Sequence record: OZ195934.1
Direction: 5' to 3' (one strand)
Length of the DNA: 64,000 bases
Below the pieces are notes generated by a model. The model did no database searches and was not told where the DNA came from. It was given only the letters and a program-made list of their open reading frames with translations. Shown here piece after piece: positions 11,654 through 19,694 of this stretch. The stretch's first letter is position 1; each line of letters starts with the position of its first letter. The position numbers and the translations under genes are program-made.

Positions 11654-13519
11654 ATGAGTAATTCAGACAAAACAGATCTAGTGTATCGCCATTTAGACTT
11701 CGGTGATGCATCAAAGATTTTAAATCTACCAGACGCAGACACCGCAGGTGCTCCGTTACCGAAATCGCAAATCGAATCTCTATTAGCTGCAAAGCAAGCT
11801 AATGTAGTCGGCGGCAACGGTGTTGAAATTGATGGCAACTCTATTGTCGTTGATCTAGGCACAGTTACATCAAGCGTAGCTATTAACGGTGCATCAGATG
11901 CATATTCTCGCAATTCAACAGGCTCTGCTTCTGAATTTAACGTGAGTGGCTATATTGATCGTGGTATCGGTGAAGTATTGACTTCTGGTAGCAGCTCGCC
12001 ATACAACTTCCGTATCACGAATGCAAGCGGTAACAACTATCACTTTTACACTCGCGATAATGGCGATGGTACGTTCAATGCACTTGTGTTCGGGCTACAC
12101 GTAGCGAAATATCACTTGTACAGAGTAACAGGTGACCCAGGCACATTCAACACAGTAACTCTTGAATTTGTAGCATCAGTCCCATTCGTGTTACCTGGGT
12201 ATGTTACAGTTGACGGTGAACGTTATATCAACACAGATTACGATGATGGCATTGTTCTTGTTGGCGGTACAGATTCATACATGAAATTCGCGGCAGGCGC
12301 ACTAAACGCTGACGTTGTAACTGATATGGCAAGTGCAGCTACTGGTAAATTAGTAGATGCGGGTGTCGTTAAAACATACATCGACGATGCGAAGGCAACC
12401 GCGATTGTTGCTGCAAATAACACGTTCTCAAACTCACTGGCAGGTTTGACTGGTTCACCTAGCAATGTTCAATCAGCGATTGAATCAGCAGCTAGTGAAA
12501 TCAACAGTCTTGATAGTTCTGTGTCGGGTCTGCAAGATCAAGACATAATCCACACTGCTGGTATCAGTGATGTTGCAAGTGCTGTTGGTATCGCTGTTGG
12601 TTCTAGCAATATGGGTTCATTCACAAACACAATGCTAATCGACAACAGTGATATCAAAACTGTACTTGAAGCGATTGCTACTGAAATTGATGATGTTAAC
12701 GATGAGCTACACAGCAAACTTGGTGTAATCGAATCCGATGTGGGCATGGGTGCGATGGTATCGCCTATCTACTCTGACGATGTTAATGCAAAAACATTGA
12801 TCGAAGAAGCGGGTGCAGCAATCGAATCACTACAAGTTGGTGCAGGTGCGTTCTGGGCTGCGGTTGATTATCACCACCATGCAGATTCACATTCACTACC
12901 GGCTGGATTCGGTGATGGTTCAACTGACGTTGGTACACTTGTTATCGACCCAACTGGTTCGAATCTAACTGTTGCTGAACTTGAAACGGGCGACCGCATT
13001 CTTGTGATCTCAGACGGTACTGATACTGAAACTGGTATCTACGTCGTAAACTCTGATAACTCGACGCAACGTTCAACTGACGCTCAAGCTTCTGCTGATT
13101 TCACTACAAACAAAACAGTGAACATCATCAATGGTGGCTCTCACGCAGGTGCAACGTATGCATATGTTGGCGCAAGTGATCCTACAATTGGCACTGACGC
13201 TCTACCGTTTGAGTTCAAACAAGGCACAAACGTTGGTGATACTACAATCACTGAGAGTAAACTTGCTCTTGTTTTAGCTACGAAGTTGAATGGCAAGACA
13301 GATAAAGAGACTGCAACTTTCAATATAAATACTTCAGATGGTCAGGGTGGCTTCACTGAAACAATCGCTCACACACTAGGTGACGATGTTATTGTACAAA
13401 TTGAAACTGCTGTAACCGGCGAAGTTCGCTCTAACCTTGAGATCGTTAAAACGAATAACCAAGTTGTAGTAAATTCAAATATTTCAGTCCTTGGTTTGAA
13501 AATTGTAATTATTGGTTAA
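11654..13519 (+). CDS. Fibre-like virion structural protein (621 aa)
   Basis: Ala/Ser/Gly/Thr-rich; heptad-like middle; GDRILVI..TGIYVV..QRSTDA..GG.HAGATYAY..PTIGT motif common in phage fibre proteins; RBS GGAG. Confidence 0.7.
   Translation: MSNSDKTDLVYRHLDFGDASKILNLPDADTAGAPLPKSQIESLLAAKQANVVGGNGVEIDGNSIVVDLGTVTSSVAINGASDAYSRNSTGSASEFNVSGYIDRGIGEVLTSGSSSPYNFRITNASGNNYHFYTRDNGDGTFNALVFGLHVAKYHLYRVTGDPGTFNTVTLEFVASVPFVLPGYVTVDGERYINTDYDDGIVLVGGTDSYMKFAAGALNADVVTDMASAATGKLVDAGVVKTYIDDAKATAIVAANNTFSNSLAGLTGSPSNVQSAIESAASEINSLDSSVSGLQDQDIIHTAGISDVASAVGIAVGSSNMGSFTNTMLIDNSDIKTVLEAIATEIDDVNDELHSKLGVIESDVGMGAMVSPIYSDDVNAKTLIEEAGAAIESLQVGAGAFWAAVDYHHHADSHSLPAGFGDGSTDVGTLVIDPTGSNLTVAELETGDRILVISDGTDTETGIYVVNSDNSTQRSTDAQASADFTTNKTVNIINGGSHAGATYAYVGASDPTIGTDALPFEFKQGTNVGDTTITESKLALVLATKLNGKTDKETATFNINTSDGQGGFTETIAHTLGDDVIVQIETAVTGEVRSNLEIVKTNNQVVVNSNISVLGLKIVIIG
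13324..13331 (+). promoter_or_regulatory. Internal late promoter TATAAATA, probably for inh
   Basis: Exact consensus about 200 bp upstream of inh. Confidence 0.5.
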
Positions 13520-13527
13520 CAAGGGGG

Positions 13528-14055
13528 TTGGACGTGAGTCAACTTACTAAACATGCAGATACATTGACGAAAGGCGAACTGGATGCATTCGCAAAAGAAT
13601 ACTACGGTCTAGATCTAGACCGTCGTAAATCAAAAGGCGCGATGACGAAAGCACTTGTCGAGCACGATCAGACAAATGCGCCTGTTAAACCGTTACCTTG
13701 GGAAGAGCTTTTAGTTGAAACGCCAGCCGAAGAAACTGAAGTAACAGAAGAAGTGGCAGGAGCGAAAGCTCCTGCCACTCCGGTTGAAGCTGAACAAGAA
13801 ACAAAAGTTGTTGAGGCGAAAGTCGATGCATCATTTGTACCCGCACGCTTGCCATTCAAGCGCGACGGTGTACCGTTCATGACTGCTTCAGCATCGGTAG
13901 TTGATTTTGTCGCTGAATTGAAATCAGGCAAGGTTAGCTTAGAGCAATGTCCACGCAGCGATGAGAAAGCAGTTAAATCTATTCTGTTTTACATCGAACG
14001 TGATGGTAAGGTGCTTGTACGCGAAACGCGTAACAGTCGCTTTATCGAACTATAA
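13528..14055 (+). CDS. inh: Inhibitor of prohead protease (Inh)
   Basis: N-term ELDAFAKEYYGLDLDRRKSK and C-term FYIERDGKVLVRETRNSRFIEL match the T4 Inh termini. Confidence 0.85.
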   Translation: MDVSQLTKHADTLTKGELDAFAKEYYGLDLDRRKSKGAMTKALVEHDQTNAPVKPLPWEELLVETPAEETEVTEEVAGAKAPATPVEAEQETKVVEAKVDASFVPARLPFKRDGVPFMTASASVVDFVAELKSGKVSLEQCPRSDEKAVKSILFYIERDGKVLVRETRNSRFIEL

Positions 14056-14066
14056 GGGGTTTTAAC

Positions 14067-14399
14067 ATGACAGCACCAATTGGTGGTATCTATGGTATCT
14101 TGGATATCGACGTAACAGTATCTGACGCGGTCGTTGCACTAGCAGATGCTGCAAAGTCAATCTATGATGATGTAGACGCGTCGAATTTTCACAATGCCGG
14201 CGAGAAGTACGTAATAATCGAACAAACACACGCAGAGCTTGATTCACAGTTGGCGGACGGTCTTGTAGACTTGTCTGGGTTGACTCAAGAATCAATCGAC
14301 GTAATCGCGAACGCGGTTGATGGCGAAACTACGCTATGTCGTGAGACTGCAAACAGCCGATTCTTCCGAATCAACTGGACAGTTACAGTAACACCATAA
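14067..14399 (+). CDS. Short Inh-like paralogue / hypothetical protein
   Basis: C-term DGETTLCRETANSRFFRI repeats the Inh C-terminal motif. Confidence 0.6.
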   Translation: MTAPIGGIYGILDIDVTVSDAVVALADAAKSIYDDVDASNFHNAGEKYVIIEQTHAELDSQLADGLVDLSGLTQESIDVIANAVDGETTLCRETANSRFFRINWTVTVTP

Positions 14400-14401
14400 A
14401 C

Positions 14402-14429
14402 AAAAAGCCCGCACTTAGCGGGCTTTTTT
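14402..14429. terminator. Bidirectional intrinsic terminator
   Basis: AAAAAGCCCGC-ACTTA-GCGGGCTTTTTT between convergent genes. Confidence 0.9.
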
Positions 14430-14445
14430 GTGTCTGTAAGCGATT

Positions 14446-15615
14446 CTAAGCAACGAATGCTACACGCTGTACCAATGTTTGTTTTTCACCCTTAAACTCT
14501 TCGTGAGTCTTTACAGTAGCTTTTACAGTGGCTTTCTCGCCCTCTGCTACGTACTCGTCTGCTTTGTTCTCAAGACGCTTAGAGCCAAACCATACAACTA
14601 AGTTGTTTTGCTCGTCGCGGAAGCGGTGAATGTACGTGTCGCCGTAGTAGCCGTCAAGTACGATTACTTTCTCAAGTGTTAGCGTGAATGTTTCGCGCTT
14701 CTTAACAGTACCGATGTACTCAGATTCGCCAAGCTCTTCAACTTTCTTCGCTTTAGCTTTCATGATTTCTTCTTTCTCTACGCCTTTGCTGTATGCAACA
14801 ACTGACGCAGCTAAGAAACCCGCTTGCTTGTACTCGATGTAATCAGGCTTACATGAAGCGATAACGTTGCTCATGAAGTCGTTAGTTGCTTCTTGCTCAC
14901 CAACCCATTTGCGAATTGTTTCTGCACGCTCAGTCATCTTGTCGAAGTCAACTTTAGCTAGAAGCTCATCGCGGTCATTGCGTGCTTCTTTAGTGTTTGC
15001 GTTAAGAAGACGCATTGCTTCAAACTTAGTCTCACCACCTGCGATGTAACGACCGTCGCGCTCAACAACCATGCATACCCAAGTAAGAAGCTCGATTGTA
15101 GTGTAGCAAGGCTTCGCAGAACCACCGCCAACGAATTCGTCACCGAAAGATTCAACTGCTTCGAAGAAAGAAGCTAGAGAGTTAACCGATTTAGTCGGGA
15201 TGAAGTATTTCAAGCAAGAACCGCCAACACGCATTTCTTCGCCGTGTTCGTTTTTGATAACGTATGTAACGTTACGCTGACGATTTGTGTTGCAGTGATC
15301 ACATGTTGTATCACCAAGAAGATGACGATGATTAGTCTCACCATGAGAGCGAACAAGACCCGTTTCGTGGTCAAGTTGAGTCACGAAGTCCCATCCATCA
15401 AACTGTGGGTATTCGCCCGTGATAGTCACGTCGTTGTAGTACACTTTGTACCAACCGTTTACACCTAGCACGTTTTCGTACGTCTCTTTGCCAACTTCAA
15501 GAGTAAGCGCATCAACGCCAATTTTCTTAGCAATCTTGTTAGCAGCTTCAACGCGTGCTGCAAGTTCAGTGATGTGACGAGCGCGAATTCTGTAAGTTGA
15601 GTTGATAGCAGTCAT
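14446..15615 (-). CDS. Conserved phage protein with a Cys motif (CDHC...GGSC) and a C-terminal OB-fold-like domain
   Basis: 389-aa ORF with early promoter and AGAGAGAACATTATG leader; EYIGTVKKRETFTLTL..YGDTYIHRFRD..LVVWF..VKATVKTH. Confidence 0.7.
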   Translation of the reverse strand: MTAINSTYRIRARHITELAARVEAANKIAKKIGVDALTLEVGKETYENVLGVNGWYKVYYNDVTITGEYPQFDGWDFVTQLDHETGLVRSHGETNHRHLLGDTTCDHCNTNRQRNVTYVIKNEHGEEMRVGGSCLKYFIPTKSVNSLASFFEAVESFGDEFVGGGSAKPCYTTIELLTWVCMVVERDGRYIAGGETKFEAMRLLNANTKEARNDRDELLAKVDFDKMTERAETIRKWVGEQEATNDFMSNVIASCKPDYIEYKQAGFLAASVVAYSKGVEKEEIMKAKAKKVEELGESEYIGTVKKRETFTLTLEKVIVLDGYYGDTYIHRFRDEQNNLVVWFGSKRLENKADEYVAEGEKATVKATVKTHEEFKGEKQTLVQRVAFVA

Positions 15616-15659
15616 AATGTTCTCTCTCTGTAAATGGACGATTTGTTTCGTTGATAGAG

Positions 15660-15688
15660 ATATTACTGCTTTTTGGTGAAAGCGTCAA
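15660..15688 (-). promoter_or_regulatory. Early sigma70-type promoter TTGACG-17-TAATAT
   Basis: Same architecture as the promoters at 18364, 38527, 45791, 62951. Confidence 0.75.
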
Positions 15689-15698
15689 CCGCAAACCT

Positions 15699-15723
15699 AA
15701 AAAAAGCGCAAATTAATGCGCTT
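15699..15723 (-). terminator. Intrinsic terminator after the 325-aa ORF
   Basis: AAGCGCA/TGCGCTT stem with a minus-strand T-run. Confidence 0.7.
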
Positions 15724-15726
15724 AGT

Positions 15727-16704
15727 TTATTTTTCTAGTTCGTAGTAGACTGTACCATCGCTCGACATAGAAGTAACTGAGAGATTGTAACCCTCTTGTG
15801 CTCCAAGCTTGCGCATGATTCTAGTGTATAGTGATTTACGCTTCTCGTTACCATCGCCAGTAGCTGTAACAACTTTACGGCAGTTGTATTGATGAGCAAA
15901 CGTAATCGCTTCTTGTGCAACTGTAGCGAATACAGTAAATGCGTTTTCAGAATCAGTGATATCGTAAGTCCATTTGCCGTTCACAGACGCGTGGAAGTGA
16001 ATCTCGACTGTATCAACTGTTATGTTATCTTCCCAATCAAAGTCGATATCATCAGAATCATCGTGTTGAATACCATGAGGCACTAGAACGACCTGATACA
16101 TTTGATTGCCGACTTCGAACAATCCGAATATTGGCTTGCCCTCTTTCGTTGGCGTATTGCCTTTCGGGTACACTACTTTCGCTGCTCGGTCAAGTGACTC
16201 AGTGAGATTGACAGATGAAAGCCAGTCTTGCCAGTTCTTACGACTACCGATTTTTGTAAATGGGATGTCGTCGTGATCGAGCCACTGAATCGAACGGTCG
16301 TATGATTGCGACACGTTAAATCCGTTGTAGTCGTCACCGACCCATAGCCATTTGTGATGCCAGATTTGATTGACTTGTCGAGCTTTCGCGACTTTGCGTT
16401 CTGCAACGTCAACGACAATCATCTTACCAGCCGCAGGTTCTTGTACATGGTCGAACTCAGTTGATTCGTAGAAAGCAATCGTAGACTTCTTGTAATCGAT
16501 TCTAACGACGTTCGGGCAGAAAGTCGGGTTCTCAATCGAAAGAAGTGTGCGTGCTTCTGCTACGCGCTCTTTGAACTCTTCAGGTACGTAATTGATGTGT
16601 AAGTATAATGCACCGCCGATATCTTTACCCACGCCCCATTTGCTTCGTTTAACTGCTGAACCTTTTCGCGTCTTCAGCGTTGCGCGTTCAAAGATTAGAT
16701 TCAT
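15727..16704 (-). CDS. Two-domain late protein: N-terminal domain like the phosphorothioation-associated methyltransferase repeat, C-terminal domain shared with 60274..61134
   Basis: GKDIGGALYLH..FYESTEFDHVQEP..IWHHKWLWVGDDY..KIGSRKNWQDWL; C-domain FEVGNQMY..KWTY..VFATV..KRKSLYTR..GY. Confidence 0.7.
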   Translation of the reverse strand: MNLIFERATLKTRKGSAVKRSKWGVGKDIGGALYLHINYVPEEFKERVAEARTLLSIENPTFCPNVVRIDYKKSTIAFYESTEFDHVQEPAAGKMIVVDVAERKVAKARQVNQIWHHKWLWVGDDYNGFNVSQSYDRSIQWLDHDDIPFTKIGSRKNWQDWLSSVNLTESLDRAAKVVYPKGNTPTKEGKPIFGLFEVGNQMYQVVLVPHGIQHDDSDDIDFDWEDNITVDTVEIHFHASVNGKWTYDITDSENAFTVFATVAQEAITFAHQYNCRKVVTATGDGNEKRKSLYTRIMRKLGAQEGYNLSVTSMSSDGTVYYELEK

Positions 16705-17300
16705 TATCGTCTCGATTGGTCGTTTATAATGTGACGCATCAAGTTAACTGCGTAATCCGTTTGACCGGTCATAGCAGCCGATGCAGCTTTATCGACGTAG
16801 AACGTACTGTCTTCGATCATGTTCAGATGCTTATAGATCTCTCTGAAGTCGTGACGGTCGTATTCTTTATCAGACCAACGCAAAGCACCTGCTTTTTTGT
16901 CGTCGTCGTGAACACGCTTGTACTCATCGATAACACGAATCATTTCCGAAGCTTGCTTCTTCATCATCATGTTGTCCATCTTCAGACGTTTCGCAGCCTT
17001 TGCCACTTCGTCTTGAGGACGGTCGTGCTGTATAGCGTCCATTAGAATGTTCATGCTATGCAGAGTATCAATACCTGCCTTTTCCATAGCTTGTTGTTGT
17101 CGCTGAAGCGTAGAATTGTGCTTACCTAACTCACCCGATGCTGTAGCACTCGCGATAAGACCAGAAAATACACTCCACCAACCGCCTTTCTTCTGTATAC
17201 GCTTCTTAACTTCACCTTTCGAACCGCTAGTAAAGTCTTTGAATTGCGCCCACTTACCAGAAAGTGTTGCTTTTTCACGTTCAGTCAAAAATTCAATCAT
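16704..17300 (-). CDS. Hypothetical helical late protein, possible internal head protein
   Basis: 198-aa ORF, RBS AAGGGG, upstream TCTAAATA; N-term MIEFLTE. Confidence 0.7.
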   Translation of the reverse strand: MIEFLTEREKATLSGKWAQFKDFTSGSKGEVKKRIQKKGGWWSVFSGLIASATASGELGKHNSTLQRQQQAMEKAGIDTLHSMNILMDAIQHDRPQDEVAKAAKRLKMDNMMMKKQASEMIRVIDEYKRVHDDDKKAGALRWSDKEYDRHDFREIYKHLNMIEDSTFYVDKAASAAMTGQTDYAVNLMRHIINDQSRR

Positions 17301-17326
17301 GATTTTAACCCCTTATTTGTTTCTTA

Positions 17327-17334
17327 TATTTAGA
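17327..17334 (-). promoter_or_regulatory. Late-promoter variant TCTAAATA
   Basis: One mismatch to TATAAATA, 26 nt upstream of the ATG. Confidence 0.6.
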
Positions 17335-17342
17335 CACAAACG

Positions 17343-17368
17343 AAAAAAGGTAGCCGAAGCTACCTTTT
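17343..17368. terminator. Intrinsic terminator
   Basis: AAAAAAGGTAGC-CGAA-GCTACCTTTT. Confidence 0.85.
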
Positions 17369-17381
17369 GGGATATCTGATA

Positions 17382-18011
17382 TTAACCGTAGATTTTTTTG
17401 ATTACGTTGTCGAAGAACTCATGACGTTCATTAACTTTCGCAATGACGTAACGTGCATTCGAACGCAGTGCGTTTTCAACCGCCCATTTAGGTGACGATA
17501 CACTAAAGCCCGATTTTGTGAAGATTTCAAGCAATTCTTCACGTCGAGAAGTCTTAGCAAGACTCATGATGTATCGAACTTGTTTCTTAACTGGTAGTGC
17601 TTTGAACTCGTCGATAGCACACACGCCCATAGCTTGAACAGACTGACCTAGACCGTCGTTTAGAACTTCGGTTAGAATCTTCTCAAGACCAAGAAGCGGC
17701 GAGCGTGTTAACGTGTAGCTGTCAACTTCGATAATTCGCTTCGCTTTCACGTTAGCAGTCAGTGTATATGTACGACGACCGCTTGCAGTGTCTTGTGAAA
17801 TACAAGCAAATTGCTCATTTCGCGCTAAAACACCATGCACTTTACGACGTAGAGTTTCGTCAAACTTACCGTCATTCAGTGAATACACGATATCGTAGAT
17901 AGTCAGCTCACGAAGCTCAAGCAGCTCTTCGAGTGCGTTCTGGAATACGTTGCGACGCTTACATACGCCAGTTTCAGCTAGATCTTTACGCACTTCGATT
18001 ACATTTTTCAT
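17382..18011 (-). CDS. Hypothetical protein, possible N-terminal winged helix
   Basis: 209-aa ORF; LTIYDIV..LRRKVHGVLARNEQF..GRRTYTL. Confidence 0.6.
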   Translation of the reverse strand: MKNVIEVRKDLAETGVCKRRNVFQNALEELLELRELTIYDIVYSLNDGKFDETLRRKVHGVLARNEQFACISQDTASGRRTYTLTANVKAKRIIEVDSYTLTRSPLLGLEKILTEVLNDGLGQSVQAMGVCAIDEFKALPVKKQVRYIMSLAKTSRREELLEIFTKSGFSVSSPKWAVENALRSNARYVIAKVNERHEFFDNVIKKIYG

Positions 18012-18034
18012 AATATATTTCTCTCTAAAATCAG

Positions 18035-18331
18035 TTATTGTACTTGTTTGTCACCTAGTCGCACTTCGACTGGTGATTGAATTTCTTCAAATTCTGTGCC
18101 TGTGTAAGCAACATATGCTTCGTGGAAGCTATCTTCACCTGACTCAACGACAATATCAGTTTCATTATTGAACGTGTACATCACATGATCGTACAGTTCT
18201 GTACCTAAATTGTACATCGGTTCAGTTGTGAAAGGAACACCACATGGAGTCGTCAACAACACTAGTTCTGTGTTGACAGCGACGCGGTCGATATCAGGGA
18301 ACTGATTGAATTGCTGTTCGAGTATGTTCAT
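18035..18331 (-). CDS. Hypothetical early protein
   Basis: 98-aa ORF after an early promoter and GAGAGAAACACTATG leader. Confidence 0.7.
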   Translation of the reverse strand: MNILEQQFNQFPDIDRVAVNTELVLLTTPCGVPFTTEPMYNLGTELYDHVMYTFNNETDIVVESGEDSFHEAYVAYTGTEFEEIQSPVEVRLGDKQVQ

Positions 18332-18363
18332 AGTGTTTCTCTCATTTGTTGTCTACGAGACGA

Positions 18364-18392
18364 ATAATACGGCTATTTTTCATAGCCGTCAA
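18364..18392 (-). promoter_or_regulatory. Early promoter TTGACG-17-TATTAT with an inverted repeat in the spacer
   Basis: ACGGCTAT/ATAGCCGT inverted repeat at 18369-18389. Confidence 0.75.
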
Positions 18393-18395
18393 CCG

Positions 18396-18881
18396 TTATT
18401 TGCGCCATTTTGCAAGTTTTTCATCATATTCGCTGTGTTTCCACAAATCAAACACGATTGTCCCGCTCTGAAACCACCACACAAGTGAGATTGTATCGTT
18501 AAGTTTCGGATCTTTCGGGTTCTTACCCACGTACAGTTCAGTGCTAGGGTGCGAGTGGTAAATCGCTTTCTTCACTTGAAACTTGTAACCACTCTCTGGC
18601 TTACCGATTTCTTTTGGCGGGTGTATGTTGCCTTTGTACGCGACTTCATACACTGTGTTCTTAAACACGATACGACTAGAGTCGATATTAAATAGCAAGT
18701 TTTGGTACTGCACTGCATTCGGGTGCAAACGCCATTTGTGTTTCGGTGTTGCGTTCAGTAGCTGATCAATCTCTGGCTCTTGTATCATCTTGCCTAGATT
18801 GTGATTGCCCCACTCTTCGTCAAGCGAGATAGCAAGGTCTACCGTGAACACTTCATTTTCGTATTCGCTAAATTTAAACAT
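18396..18881 (-). CDS. Hypothetical protein, possible RelE/HigB-like fold
   Basis: 161-aa ORF; N-term MFKFSEYENE; C-term SLVWW..IVFDLWKHSEYD. Confidence 0.6.
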   Translation of the reverse strand: MFKFSEYENEVFTVDLAISLDEEWGNHNLGKMIQEPEIDQLLNATPKHKWRLHPNAVQYQNLLFNIDSSRIVFKNTVYEVAYKGNIHPPKEIGKPESGYKFQVKKAIYHSHPSTELYVGKNPKDPKLNDTISLVWWFQSGTIVFDLWKHSEYDEKLAKWRK

Positions 18882-18883
18882 GA

Positions 18884-19399
18884 CTACCCCAGAACTACGA
18901 ATGAATTGGATAGATTGTCACGAACAAGCAGTTCGCCGCGCAGTGCAACCCAATATGCGATTGTCTGCAACTCGTGAGTATCGCGATTGCCGATTAAGTA
19001 CGCGTGAATGTCATCGTGCTTAACAACTTGGAACAATTCACCCTCATGGCGATACGAGGGCGTCCATTTCGGCTTGAATTCATCTTTGATGACGATTTCC
19101 ACGTCGATTGACTCTACGGGATTGCTGATAACCACCTTTAAATCAACGTCAGTCGCTTCTAGAGTTGTTTCAACGATTGGCGCGTCTGATTCATCGACTA
19201 AATCACATGTCGTCTCTGAGCTGATTACAGACGTGTCTAGATAATCATCAGGAAAGCTAGTGATCTTATCGACGTTAGCCATGATCAATCGAATCGCTGC
19301 TGATTTGGTTAGCGTCTTGTCGTATTCGATGTCAGTATGTTCAAGCTGAAACTCGATGACTTCGCGCTTCGTCTTGCCTTTCAAGTATTCTTCGTTCAT
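18884..19399 (-). CDS. Inh-like paralogue
   Basis: N-term YLKGKTKREVIEF..IEYDKTLTK; C-term FKPKW..LQTIAYWVALRGELLVRDNLSNSFVVL parallels T4 Inh. Confidence 0.65.
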   Translation of the reverse strand: MNEEYLKGKTKREVIEFQLEHTDIEYDKTLTKSAAIRLIMANVDKITSFPDDYLDTSVISSETTCDLVDESDAPIVETTLEATDVDLKVVISNPVESIDVEIVIKDEFKPKWTPSYRHEGELFQVVKHDDIHAYLIGNRDTHELQTIAYWVALRGELLVRDNLSNSFVVLG

Positions 19400-19638
19400 T
19401 TTGTTGCCTCATCATATTCAACTGTAATCCAGTTGTTTGTATTACAGTCAAAGAATGTAATTTGTGTAGTGTCAGTATAATTCTTTCGCATTTCTGCTTT
19501 GTTGCTATCAAGACGTGGTAAATACGAAGGGTCTAATGTTGCGTTGTATTCGATACCATGCAGTGTGAATTTATGCAATCCTTTTGCAAGTGCTTCGATT
19601 TTCTTGTCTCGCTTCGAGCGTAATTTCATTGATTTCAA
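19396..19638 (-). CDS. Small hypothetical protein (WYL_2/Sm-like fold possible)
   Basis: NATLDPSYLP...ITFFDCNTNNWITV. Confidence 0.55.
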   Translation of the reverse strand: MKSMKLRSKRDKKIEALAKGLHKFTLHGIEYNATLDPSYLPRLDSNKAEMRKNYTDTTQITFFDCNTNNWITVEYDEATK

Positions 19639-19643
19639 ACCTC

Positions 19644-19670
19644 TATAAATACAGTTATAACATATTTAGA
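19644..19670. promoter_or_regulatory. Face-to-face late promoters: TATAAATA (+, uvsW) and TCTAAATA (-)
   Basis: + at 19644-19651; - at 19663-19670. Confidence 0.65.
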
Positions 19671-19694
19671 CGAAACTCGCATAGAGAGAAAATC

